Source: Candidatus Woesearchaeota archaeon (GTDB lineage Archaea > Nanobdellota > Nanobdellia > Woesearchaeales > UBA583). From it: a DNA stretch of 64,000 bases. The position numbers were made by a program, and so were the translations under genes. Location: assembly GCA_965205335.1 (NCBI GenBank), contig OZ242164.1, positions 864,001 through 928,000 of the forward strand, read 5' to 3'. Below, in pieces: positions 9,778-19,800 of the stretch (positions are counted from its first letter, which is position 1; each line of letters opens with the position of its first letter). The notes beneath the pieces were generated by a model. It was not told where the DNA came from and did no database searches. It saw only the letters and a list, made by a program, of their open reading frames with translations.

Positions 9778-11740
9778 AAATAGTAAGATGATCTTTTCAT
9801 TTAAGCATAAAAATCTGTATTCTGATGTAGGGAATGGGCAATGTGTGTTTATTCCATTTAATTTTAATTATATAAAAATAGAATCTTTGTATATTAAAAA
9901 TGAAGCAGGAAATCAGTTCAGTTACAGAATATATTTAGATTTGAATTGCCCATTCACACTTACTCAAAAAGGAGTGTATAGATTTAGAATTCAAAAACTA
10001 AGAACTTCAGGAAATGTAGTTTATCATTATTATTTGCTTAAAGAATGTGTTCAATTGCTAAAAGAAATATTAGAACCAATTCTTCTTGAAATTATTAAAG
10101 GTTCTGGAGATAGACACGCTGACAAACTAACAACACTTGATGAAATAAAAAGAATAAATTCTAAGAAAGAAGATAAAGGAAATGATAAGATTAGATATAC
10201 TGTTTTACACGTTGAAATAGATTCTGTACCTCAAGGGGAGGAACGAAACCCATTTTATTTTATTCAAAGCCCTGACGAAGAATTATTAACACAACTTTCG
10301 GATTTTTCTGAAATGGCAAATGTTATTTATAGCCGTAAAACAATAATGGAAGGCAATGAGGCAAAGAATAAGGTTAAAGAAATATTTAATAAATATGATA
10401 TACCTGAAGATCTTCAAATGCAATTAAGATCTGCATTCAAGATTGATGCTTTTATAGATAGGGATATGAAGAAAATTCAAGTTGGGTGCGGTGGTATTCT
10501 ATATGGTCCTTTTGGAACAGGAAAGACTTTTATTATTCAAAACCCAATTAGAGAAATTTTTGAAGGAGTTTTAGGTTTTGGATATGAAGAGGTTAATCTG
10601 GTTGAAAATGTAGGTACAGACGATAGTATGTATTGGGGAGCAGCAATGAGAACAGTAAATAGGGTCTTCATGCCTATATTTAAGAAAATTCAAACAGAGC
10701 AAAAGCCTTATTTCTACTTTGTTGATGAAGGAGATAAATTTGCCAAGACTCCATCGCATGCAGATGATGATGAAGGGGCAGCGGGTATTAAGAATCTATT
10801 AAATCCTAAGGCGTATCCGGGATTAATATTATGTTTGAACACAAATCTTAAGTCTTCTGAGTTAAATATGGCTTTAATTGGTAGAAGATTAGAAGGTGTT
10901 GAGATTGGGTATCCTAATGAGGAAACTTGTTTTAAAATGTGGAAGATATATAAAAGACTCGTTTTTGGTGAAGATAATGAAGGGAATATTACAGATGAAC
11001 AATACAGAGAATTAGCAAAAATTGTTGCTGGTAGAATTGGTATTGATGCTATTGAAAGTTTTTGTTCACATTATAGAACGCTTACACAATCCGAGATAAA
11101 TGAGGATGTGGATTTTATTGAGTTTAAAAATAAATTTTTTAGGTATGTCTTAAAAAGAGTAAATGATAGAATGGAAAATGACATAAATAAGATAACTTCC
11201 AATCCTGCCACTAATCGTATGAGTGATAGTGAAATTGAGAGTATTAGAAGAGATGCACAGGAGCAAATAAGGAGTATAACAGCAGCATTTTCTGGAAAGG
11301 ATTCAACAGCTATAAATTCTGAATTAATAGAAAAACTTGCTGAGAGTGGAGAGAAGAATCTCTATTTTAAAAATTACAAAATGTTTCGTAAATTACTTTG
11401 TGAGGGTGGAGTGAAGGATGCTATTTTTAAGTACTATAATAATAAATCAGAAATAGATGATGAAGATATAAGCAAGTTAGAAGAATGTTTCGGAAATATA
11501 GATTTTATTATAAGATTTTATGAATATGCACCTTCTGATGTTAAAAATAAATTATTGCCTCTTATTAATAGCATAAATACACTTAGAAATTACATGATTC
11601 ATATTCTATTAGATTTGAATTCTAACAGATTTCGAACAGAGTTTCCACATCTTATAACTGAGAGTGGAAAAAATTTAAGTAGTGAACAAATTGTGGGAAT
11701 TACTACATACCTTATGAGGGAATTGCCAAGTCTTGAATAA
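9764..11740 (+). CDS. AAA ATPase, classic clade (divergent CDC48/Vps4/FtsH-like module) with unknown N- and C-terminal domains
   Basis: Walker A GPFGTGKT, pore-loop-like SMYWG, Walker B FYFVDEGD, sensor-1 LNTN, Arg finger ALIGRRL; start may be ATG 9788. Confidence 0.8.
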   Translation: MRGSKNSKMIFSFKHKNLYSDVGNGQCVFIPFNFNYIKIESLYIKNEAGNQFSYRIYLDLNCPFTLTQKGVYRFRIQKLRTSGNVVYHYYLLKECVQLLKEILEPILLEIIKGSGDRHADKLTTLDEIKRINSKKEDKGNDKIRYTVLHVEIDSVPQGEERNPFYFIQSPDEELLTQLSDFSEMANVIYSRKTIMEGNEAKNKVKEIFNKYDIPEDLQMQLRSAFKIDAFIDRDMKKIQVGCGGILYGPFGTGKTFIIQNPIREIFEGVLGFGYEEVNLVENVGTDDSMYWGAAMRTVNRVFMPIFKKIQTEQKPYFYFVDEGDKFAKTPSHADDDEGAAGIKNLLNPKAYPGLILCLNTNLKSSELNMALIGRRLEGVEIGYPNEETCFKMWKIYKRLVFGEDNEGNITDEQYRELAKIVAGRIGIDAIESFCSHYRTLTQSEINEDVDFIEFKNKFFRYVLKRVNDRMENDINKITSNPATNRMSDSEIESIRRDAQEQIRSITAAFSGKDSTAINSELIEKLAESGEKNLYFKNYKMFRKLLCEGGVKDAIFKYYNNKSEIDDEDISKLEECFGNIDFIIRFYEYAPSDVKNKLLPLINSINTLRNYMIHILLDLNSNRFRTEFPHLITESGKNLSSEQIVGITTYLMRELPSLE

Positions 11741-11804
11741 TTTTATTGATTAATCCTAAGAAGTGAAAGCAAATTTTTATAAGTCATTAAGATAAGGAAA
11801 GGAT

Positions 11805-12596
11805 ATGTTTAGAAAATATTATTTAGCTCTTTTTGGTTTTCTCTTAGCAATAGAGAATTCTTTCGCTAATACCATTACAGAAACTCTCGTGGACACCATT
11901 AGCAGTATTCTTGGTGAAAGGGGCTTGTCAAGTTTAATAACTAATAAATATGTTGTTTTTGCTCTAATATTTATAGGAGTTTTAGTAGGAACTTATAGTA
12001 TTCTTAAAATTCCTCTGTCTATGGCATTTAAAAGCCATCAAAAAGAAGCCAATGTAATTTCAATAATGATATCATTAATATCAACTACTGGGATGTTTTT
12101 TATTCTTACTAACGGAGAACCTTCTCGAGTAGAAGCCGCAATTGCTATTTTTGGAGGAACAATTGGTCTTATAGTTCTATCCATATTTGGAATTTTACTT
12201 TTGGTTTTAGTTGATTATATACTCGTAAATACACTTGAGAGAGAAAGACTATCTCGCTGGTGGGTTGCTGGAATGATTGGTACAGGACTTTTAGTAACTT
12301 CCGTGTTATTAGTAGTTATAGACAAAACAGTAGAATTATATACTGAAACTTCCATGACTCAGTGGTTAAGTGGGTTACTTTTATCATTAGAAAATATATT
12401 TACTATTATCTTAATTTTAACGTTCATCTATATTATTTTCCGAAGTAGGAGAAAAAGCAAAGAAGGGCAAGAATTATTAAAAAGCAATCCTAATATTAGA
12501 AAAGCACAAAATATTATTAAAAAGATTAATAAGAACAATAAAAAAATGAAAGAAATACTAAGGGATATTAAACATAAAGTTGGAGGAGGTTCATAA
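11805..12596 (+). CDS. Multi-pass membrane protein (paralog of 7540..8421) with signal peptide and basic C-terminal helix
   Basis: Signal peptide ..ENSFA, about 5 TMs, shared KE(A/I)NVI motif. Confidence 0.75.
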   Translation: MFRKYYLALFGFLLAIENSFANTITETLVDTISSILGERGLSSLITNKYVVFALIFIGVLVGTYSILKIPLSMAFKSHQKEANVISIMISLISTTGMFFILTNGEPSRVEAAIAIFGGTIGLIVLSIFGILLLVLVDYILVNTLERERLSRWWVAGMIGTGLLVTSVLLVVIDKTVELYTETSMTQWLSGLLLSLENIFTIILILTFIYIIFRSRRKSKEGQELLKSNPNIRKAQNIIKKINKNNKKMKEILRDIKHKVGGGS

Positions 12597-12597
12597 A

Positions 12598-13641
12598 ATG
12601 GCAGGAAATTTAATAGCGGATTTAATCGAAGATTTTAAAAGTTTAGGGACATTGGCTGAAGTAACTCAAGATGATTTAAAAACTCTTGAAGGTTTATCTG
12701 TAAATCCTGATGAGTTAGATGAAGGTCCACTGGCAAGTATAATTTCACCATTTAAAAAAATGTATCGTAATAATCACTTAAAACTAACAAGTGATGTAAA
12801 TGGAGCTATTGAACACCTTAAAGGAGTTAGTAAGTATAGTGATGAAATAGTAAAATGGCTTGGAGACTTTAGAGTTATAAGAGAACATTCTGAATTAATG
12901 AAGTTATTTAATAATCCTAATCAAGAAGGTGCTACGTTCTCAAGTCAAATTGAAGGATTGTCTCGAAATTTTGATTTATATGTCCAAAAGGTAGGTATGT
13001 CTTTAGAAAAAGAAGAAAATTTAATAGGTGAATCTGCTGAAATAGAACATATGTCTACTTATCGTGATAAAATAGTTAAGAAATTAGAAGAAATTAAAAG
13101 TATTCAAGGGGAGAATAATTATAAAGACATTAAGGAAATGTTTATAGAGTATGCTACAGGAGAGATAGGTAGGAGAATTAGAGATAGTACATCTATAAGT
13201 AAAGTAGTAAGAGAAGTTCTTCCTCAAATTAATCAGTTAATACTTCTGGCAGAAGATGAAATTTTTAAGAAACTTAATGGAAATTTTGATAGTTATAGGA
13301 GGGGAATTATTAGAGGTTTCTTTGTAATATTTTTTGGAGATTTAGAAAAGTTTAAAGAAGAAAATTCTAATGAATATCTAGAAAATTGCCTTAAAGAAAT
13401 TAATGGTCTAGAAACATTGAAATATGGGAATTTTGAAGTAAATATTAAAGACCCAAGTAGAATTGAATATAAAGGTAAGCCCAATGAAATCTTCAAACTT
13501 TCTTCTACCACGTTATTGCATTCAGTTCTTATAAGTCCAGATGGTCTTTCTTTAAGGTTTAAAGATACAAATGATGGAAAAGAAGTGACTAAAAAGATTT
13601 CTACATTAAACCTAAGGACACCTCCTCCCCAAAAGATGTGA
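12598..13641 (+). CDS. Hypothetical alpha-helical protein
   Basis: ATG 12598 after GGAGGAGG SD, directly after the upstream stop. Confidence 0.7.
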   Translation: MAGNLIADLIEDFKSLGTLAEVTQDDLKTLEGLSVNPDELDEGPLASIISPFKKMYRNNHLKLTSDVNGAIEHLKGVSKYSDEIVKWLGDFRVIREHSELMKLFNNPNQEGATFSSQIEGLSRNFDLYVQKVGMSLEKEENLIGESAEIEHMSTYRDKIVKKLEEIKSIQGENNYKDIKEMFIEYATGEIGRRIRDSTSISKVVREVLPQINQLILLAEDEIFKKLNGNFDSYRRGIIRGFFVIFFGDLEKFKEENSNEYLENCLKEINGLETLKYGNFEVNIKDPSRIEYKGKPNEIFKLSSTTLLHSVLISPDGLSLRFKDTNDGKEVTKKISTLNLRTPPPQKM

Positions 13642-13784
13642 CATCTCAAAGAGAGCAGTAAGTTTGGGATGTTGAAGTTTCAACGTCTATTTCTGTTAAG
13701 GTTAATAATAATGAAAATAAAAATGATTACTAATGAGTAGTTAAAAAGGAAAGATTTATAAATAAAAGTCTCTTACTCCTTTAC

Positions 13785-14507
13785 ATGGAAAGTTCAGGTA
13801 TTAAAAGAAAAGCTAGCGAGTCAGGCACTCCTAATGGTAGTGATAGAGAAAATAGGTTAACAGAAATCATAGGTTATGTAACCATTGGTAATTTAAATTC
13901 ATATCGGAAGAAACATCCTAAAATAGCAACAGGAGTATTGGCTCTAGCATTAGCAGGTGGTATATTAGGAATTAAATATTGTGGTAATAATGAAGCAGTT
14001 AATGTTCCTCCTACTGTTCAAGAGATCTATACTGAAAGATCAAAGGAGAAAAAACCTGATGAAGTAACAATTTTAGAGGATACATCTAAAGGATCTGATG
14101 TTCCAGCTACTCCACAAACACCTAGTGTTCCAAGTAAAAGTGTTGAGAGGCAACCATATAGTAAAGGACCAGAGAAAGAACCAACAAAGGTCCTCTTACA
14201 AAAAAAAAGCCATTTAGAAGAAATGTGTCCTAACTATAATCCATCTGAAGAGGACAGAGATGATATACTTAGATGTATAAATAAGGAAGCACGTTATTTA
14301 GTTCACGGTAAGCGTGAAGACCAACAATATTTAACAAGTATATCTGGAGTAGTTAATCTTTTAGAAGATGAAAGAATAAGAGGAATTAAGAAAAGAGCAA
14401 TTCTTAGTCCTTATGCTCAAAGATGTGGAATTTCAGAAGATGAAATAAGAAGTTCGAATATAGAAGATTTAGAAGAAAAGGTAAATAGTTGTTATACCTC
14501 AAAATAA
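13785..14507 (+). CDS. Orphan membrane-anchored protein with Pro/Thr/Ser linker and Cys-containing extracellular domain
   Basis: TM IATGVLALALAGGILGI; TATA-like TTTATAAA at about 13755. Confidence 0.6.
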   Translation: MESSGIKRKASESGTPNGSDRENRLTEIIGYVTIGNLNSYRKKHPKIATGVLALALAGGILGIKYCGNNEAVNVPPTVQEIYTERSKEKKPDEVTILEDTSKGSDVPATPQTPSVPSKSVERQPYSKGPEKEPTKVLLQKKSHLEEMCPNYNPSEEDRDDILRCINKEARYLVHGKREDQQYLTSISGVVNLLEDERIRGIKKRAILSPYAQRCGISEDEIRSSNIEDLEEKVNSCYTSK

Positions 14508-14871
14508 AATAATTAATTCTATAATTCTTTAGATAATGTAATTCTTATAGTGGAATCTTTTAATAAGTATTACCATAATTTTACAGTGCAAGATAACTAA
14601 ATTTATAAGAAAATATCTTATAAATTTTATCCTTCTCAGAAATAAGTAAATCAATAAATAAAGAGACAGTGTTTTTGAAAAAACAAAACTATGGATATAT
14701 TTTTACATATAAAATTGATTATGTACATACAATTAGGATAGAGTCTCTCTTTAATAAAATTATGTCAGAAAAGGCACTTAATTGTTTGCTTAAATTTATC
14801 CTTACTTGGAAGTAACAAATACAAAAGCTTTATAAATAATAAGATATTATTACTATTTAACAGTAAAGAAA

Positions 14872-16296
14872 ATGAAAATGAAAACAAATTTAGAGGGTTT
14901 GTGTATACGAGGACTTGCATCCTCATTTAAAAAAAGTATAACGACTGCCGCATTAGCGGCAATGATGGCATCGGGTCCACAAGTTTCCGCACAACAAGCG
15001 GCAATGATGGCATCGGGTCCACAAGTTTCCGCACAACAATATAATCTCGCAGAAAGAACAGATTGTGTTAGTGAAAATGTGGAAGTAGTTTCTCTTGATG
15101 ATAAACAAGGATATTCAGTTGCAAAAACATATTGTCCTAGTAAAGGTAAACCAGTTGGACAATTTAGTGATAGACTTCGAGAGTCTTTGGGTTTGGAACA
15201 GGATGAAAGTAAAGTAATAGAGGCATATTATCTTGATGATTCAGGAAAGCCTGCACTTTCTCCTATTGGTGTGTATTGTACTTTGAATGATTCTCATATG
15301 ACTGACTTAACTCATTTAGGAAGAGATCATCCTTCAGGTGTCCCACTTGGAGTTAGAGTTAGAGAATCTACAGAAGAAGATGGATGTGCTGTTGAATCAG
15401 AGGTTCATTATGCGATTGAAAATGATTTCAATGAAAAATTTGAGGATTTAACTGGTAGAATTAGAAAATTAGAAGAGATTGGTAGTAGTCGCCCACAATC
15501 AGAAAAATCATCGGAAGCACCAGTAGAACCACCTGAGGTACAAGCAGTTCCTGCAGAACCAGTAGAACCACCAACGGAAGTTGTACAAATTCCTCATTTC
15601 GTAGTACCATTAAGAGGTAACAGCACTAAGAATTTACCAGTTGTAGTTTACGAAGATAATTTAGTTAAATCAGTTATAGGATTAGATCCAAGGAATGGAT
15701 ATTCTCCAGAATATGGTAATGCAAGTTATGACTCATTCCAGCTTTCTAATGAAGAAATTGCGAAAGAGTTATTAAGACAAGCAAATTTGGAAAAATTAAT
15801 ACATTCTGTTTCCTCAAAGATAGGTGCTATGGCTGTTAAAGAACATTATGGAGGTGCCCCTGAATTAGGAAGAGATATAATTTTACATGAAACTTTAGGT
15901 GATCTTGGTCTCTCTAAAAAAGAGTTACTTAATGGTGGGTTCAATTACGGAGCAGATTCGGCTGCAGCAGACTTAGTAGTAGAAAGAGCTAAGGAGGGAG
16001 GAATATATACAATGCAAGATCTTGCTGGACTTACAGACAAAAATCTTCTTTCAAAGTTTCTGGATCTTGGATATAAATTTATAACGGTTAAACGTATTGT
16101 CCCCGGCAGTTCTTTTAATCATGTGCGTACTAAAGGAACAAGAAGAGCATTAAACAAAGAGATTAAACGTGCTAAGAAGGATGTTTTTAAAACATGTGGA
16201 TCTTTAGGCTCCCAGAATGGGAGGATAGCATGTGCTTTTGATAGAGGATATCGTGTAATAGGAGAAATTGTTGGGAACAGAGGTAATAGAAAATGA
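14872..16296 (+). CDS. Orphan secreted protein with duplicated signal-peptide end and PVEPP linker
   Basis: KKSITTAALAAMMASGPQVSA signal peptide; Cys pairs; overlaps the next gene (ATGA-type coupling). Confidence 0.65.
   Translation: MKMKTNLEGLCIRGLASSFKKSITTAALAAMMASGPQVSAQQAAMMASGPQVSAQQYNLAERTDCVSENVEVVSLDDKQGYSVAKTYCPSKGKPVGQFSDRLRESLGLEQDESKVIEAYYLDDSGKPALSPIGVYCTLNDSHMTDLTHLGRDHPSGVPLGVRVRESTEEDGCAVESEVHYAIENDFNEKFEDLTGRIRKLEEIGSSRPQSEKSSEAPVEPPEVQAVPAEPVEPPTEVVQIPHFVVPLRGNSTKNLPVVVYEDNLVKSVIGLDPRNGYSPEYGNASYDSFQLSNEEIAKELLRQANLEKLIHSVSSKIGAMAVKEHYGGAPELGRDIILHETLGDLGLSKKELLNGGFNYGADSAAADLVVERAKEGGIYTMQDLAGLTDKNLLSKFLDLGYKFITVKRIVPGSSFNHVRTKGTRRALNKEIKRAKKDVFKTCGSLGSQNGRIACAFDRGYRVIGEIVGNRGNRK
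14956..15039 (+). repeat. Perfect 42-bp tandem duplication (AAMMASGPQVSAQQ x2)
   Basis: gcggcaatgatggcatcgggtccacaagtttccgcacaacaa at 14956 and 14998. Confidence 0.95.
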
Positions 16297-16871
16297 ATAA
16301 AAAATTAATTAAAATAGTAGGTGCTGCAGCGTTATTATATGGCGCATCTACATTAGAGGCAGGACCACTTCATACTGGTTATGTTGCTAATTTGGAGAAA
16401 AAATATGTAAAAAGAATGTGTAAAGATAACAAAGGATTAAGGGCTAAATATAGAAATAATCTAGAACAGTGTGTACAAGATGTTAATGGAAGTTTCAATC
16501 AAAAAGCTCAGGTAGTTAAGAGGTTAATGGATTTCAATGTTGCAACAGGATATCTTGGTGATAGTCTGCCTCGTCTACCTCAATATTCTATGGTAAGTGC
16601 TTCTGAAGAAGACAAACTTAGAATAGCAGCAAAAGTAGCAATAGATGTGACTCCAGAAACATTGTCATACTTTAATGCCACAATGCTAGAAGTCAAAGGA
16701 CACAATAAAATTAAGGGAGACCTTAATGAAGCAATAAGAGATGATATAATTGCAACGGGAGTACTTACTGCTGTGGGTTCGTTTTTCTTAGGAAATGGTG
16801 TAGCGAAAGCAGTTGAAGGAGTTAGTCATAAATCCCCTAAGATTATGATAAGAGCACCGGGTGTAAATTAA
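16293..16871 (+). CDS. Orphan secreted protein with C-terminal hydrophobic Gly-rich helix
   Basis: MNKKLIKIVGAAALLYGASTLEA signal peptide; IIATGVLTAVGSFFLGNGVA. Confidence 0.6.
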   Translation: MNKKLIKIVGAAALLYGASTLEAGPLHTGYVANLEKKYVKRMCKDNKGLRAKYRNNLEQCVQDVNGSFNQKAQVVKRLMDFNVATGYLGDSLPRLPQYSMVSASEEDKLRIAAKVAIDVTPETLSYFNATMLEVKGHNKIKGDLNEAIRDDIIATGVLTAVGSFFLGNGVAKAVEGVSHKSPKIMIRAPGVN

Positions 16872-16895
16872 AAGTTAGAAAGAGGAAAAAATAAA

Positions 16896-19800
16896 ATGAA
16901 AAAACAATTACTACTGATGCTGTTTGCAATCTTATTATCTTTAGGATTTGCATTTGCTTCAGAGACACAAGGTGAACAATATCATGTTTTCCAGATGAAC
17001 TTTGCAGATGAAGTTCCAAATTCAGTATTTGTAACAGGTGGAGAATGTGCCAATACTCTGTGTAGTACATTTAAACCATCATCACAAGTTGAAGTGTACA
17101 ATGGCGCACAAGCATTTGAATGTGACAGATTATATTCAAATAATGTGAATGACTTCAAATCATGTATGGCGAGAGCTAAACTGAGTTCAAACATTCATCC
17201 AATACAAAATAATGGAGATTATGTTGCAGTTAAAGTTAATATACCTAACAATTATGCATTTGGACACTTACTATGGTTCTCAACAGAAGGAGACACATAC
17301 ATACCTTGGTATGCTCAGGTAACATATGACTGTTCAGGTGGAGAAGTATGTTTTTATCCAGCGGCAAGTAGCAAGGGAAATGCAACAGACATTAACTTTG
17401 ACAAATTTCAAAGAATTGCAATTGCTGAAGTAAGTCAAGTTAACATAAAAAACCTTGACGATGACACAAAACCAATTCAAATAGAGGTTCCAGTTCAAAT
17501 AGAAGAAACTGTTTGTTCAGCTTATAGAGCAGCTAATGGTAACTATGAAGTTCCAAACTTCCCCCAAGGATACTCTGATCTTAGTGCTAACACAAACATT
17601 AAACTAACTATTAAAAACAATCATAACAGCGAAGTGCTATTAACAGAAGATGTTAACTTACCTATTGAAGCAGACACATGTGCAGCGCTTCATGCATTTA
17701 CATGGACTCCTCCAGAAGATTTACTTGACACAGAAATTAAATTTAGAGTGGAAACAGATGTTGTTGACAAACAAGTAAGTGAGTCCAAAAAAGACTTCCA
17801 CGAAGTAATTGAAACAATCTACCCAGAAGACCTTACCGGACAATGTTGGAGTAGAGCTTACGATTTAGTATTAACAAATGATCCATATGAAGAATTATCA
17901 ACAAGTATAGTTGAAATAACTAAAGGAGAGAAAGTATATGCAATATTTAATGCAGGAACATGGAAAGGTAATGAAATAACTCCTCTTGAAACATCTTGGC
18001 AAATTAAATTTAACAGTACAGTAGTTAAAGAGGGAGAATTTCAGACTCAAACAAATGATGTGCAGAAAATTACAGTTGATCTAACAGAGGCTATCTCAGT
18101 TGTTGATGCAGGAAATTATAGAGTTCAATTAATAACAAGAGCATCAAGTACTCAGAATTGTGATGTGAGTGTACCTGTAGTTCAGAATGTGAACTTAGAC
18201 GTTCGTGAAATTGATATGTTTGAAGTTGAATTTGAAGTAATGGAAGAAGGAGACCAATACAACAAAATAGATGGAGCAAACATTAGCTTAGTATTAACCG
18301 AGTCTCACGAGTACTTTGCAAGCAAACCAGAATATGACAAAAGTCAAACAACTGACACGCAAGGAAAAACTACATTTAACGAAGCTACAAGAGGAGAATA
18401 CACGTACACAATAACAAAAAGTGGATTCCAGAGAGTTACAAACAATGTAATTGTTGGTTCAGACACAACGGTAACAATCTCTCTACCAAAAAATAACAAT
18501 GCACCTACAATTGATTTACCTCACAACAGAACAGTAGATATTAAGAGCACATTAGAACTAGATTTAGAAGATTATGTACATGACTTTGAAGATGCATTTA
18601 GTGATTTAAATCTTAGCGTAAGAAAAGCATCAGGAAACGCGCAAGTGCAAATAGAGAACTCAAAATTAATAGTAAAAAAGAATTCAGTTGGAAATGTTGA
18701 CCTTGAAGTAACAGTAACTGACAGTCAAGGGGCATCAGCTAGTGATTCAATGTTAGTTAGTTTCATTGATAACAATGCTCCTGTAATTAATTCATTTGTT
18801 GCAAATCCTACTAACGGAGATGCTCCATTTACAACTACATTTGAAATAGATGTTCATGATGCTGATGGAGATACTCTAAGATGTACTATAAACTATGATG
18901 ATAGAAGTACAAATAAAGAAGGTAACTGTGATGAAATTGATGGAATAACTCACACATACAACACAGTTGGAACATACAATGTAGTTTTAACAGTAAGTGA
19001 TGGCAAAAATGATCCTGTTAAACAAACTGAGCAGGTATTTGTATTTGAAAGAAACTACTCATCACCTCATATTGGGTTTTTCACATTAGAATCAAGCAAT
19101 GGTGATTATATACCAACTGATTTAACATTAGTTTGGGAAGTAACTCACCCTGACAACCTTGATACAAAATGTTTCCTTAGAATTAATGGAGTTTCAGAGA
19201 GCGTTAATTGTAAAGATACAAAGAATATAAACAACTTTGACAGATTAGGAGAATCCAGATTCATATTGCTTGCAGATGATGGGGAACACCAAGTATCAAG
19301 AAAACACATTAAAGTATTTTATAGAGAAGAAGATGAGGAAAACACACCACCAGTAATTGATGAATTCACAGTTAATACAACAAAAAGCACATTAGGTATG
19401 ATTGCACAATTTACCACAGCAGTATCAGATGCTGATGGAGATAGTTTAAGATGCTCTATTAACTTTGGAGATGGAGTTACAATACAAGACTCAGAATGTG
19501 ATCCATTAAGAAGTGTAGAACATCAATATAATGGAGTAGAAGACTTCACTGCAATATTTAGTGTAACAGATGGAGTAGACACAACATCAGAATCTATTAC
19601 AGTTGCATTAGAAGAAGATAAAGTAGAAGTGAATAACACACCTCCAGTAATTGAAGAATTCACAGCAGATCCAACAGAAGGCTCGGTAGGAGTGGAAGTA
19701 ACATTTACTACAAGAGTATCAGATGTTGATGAAGATAGTTTAAAATGTTCTATTGACTTTGGAGATAGCGTTACAGAAGATGATACATACTGTACATTTT

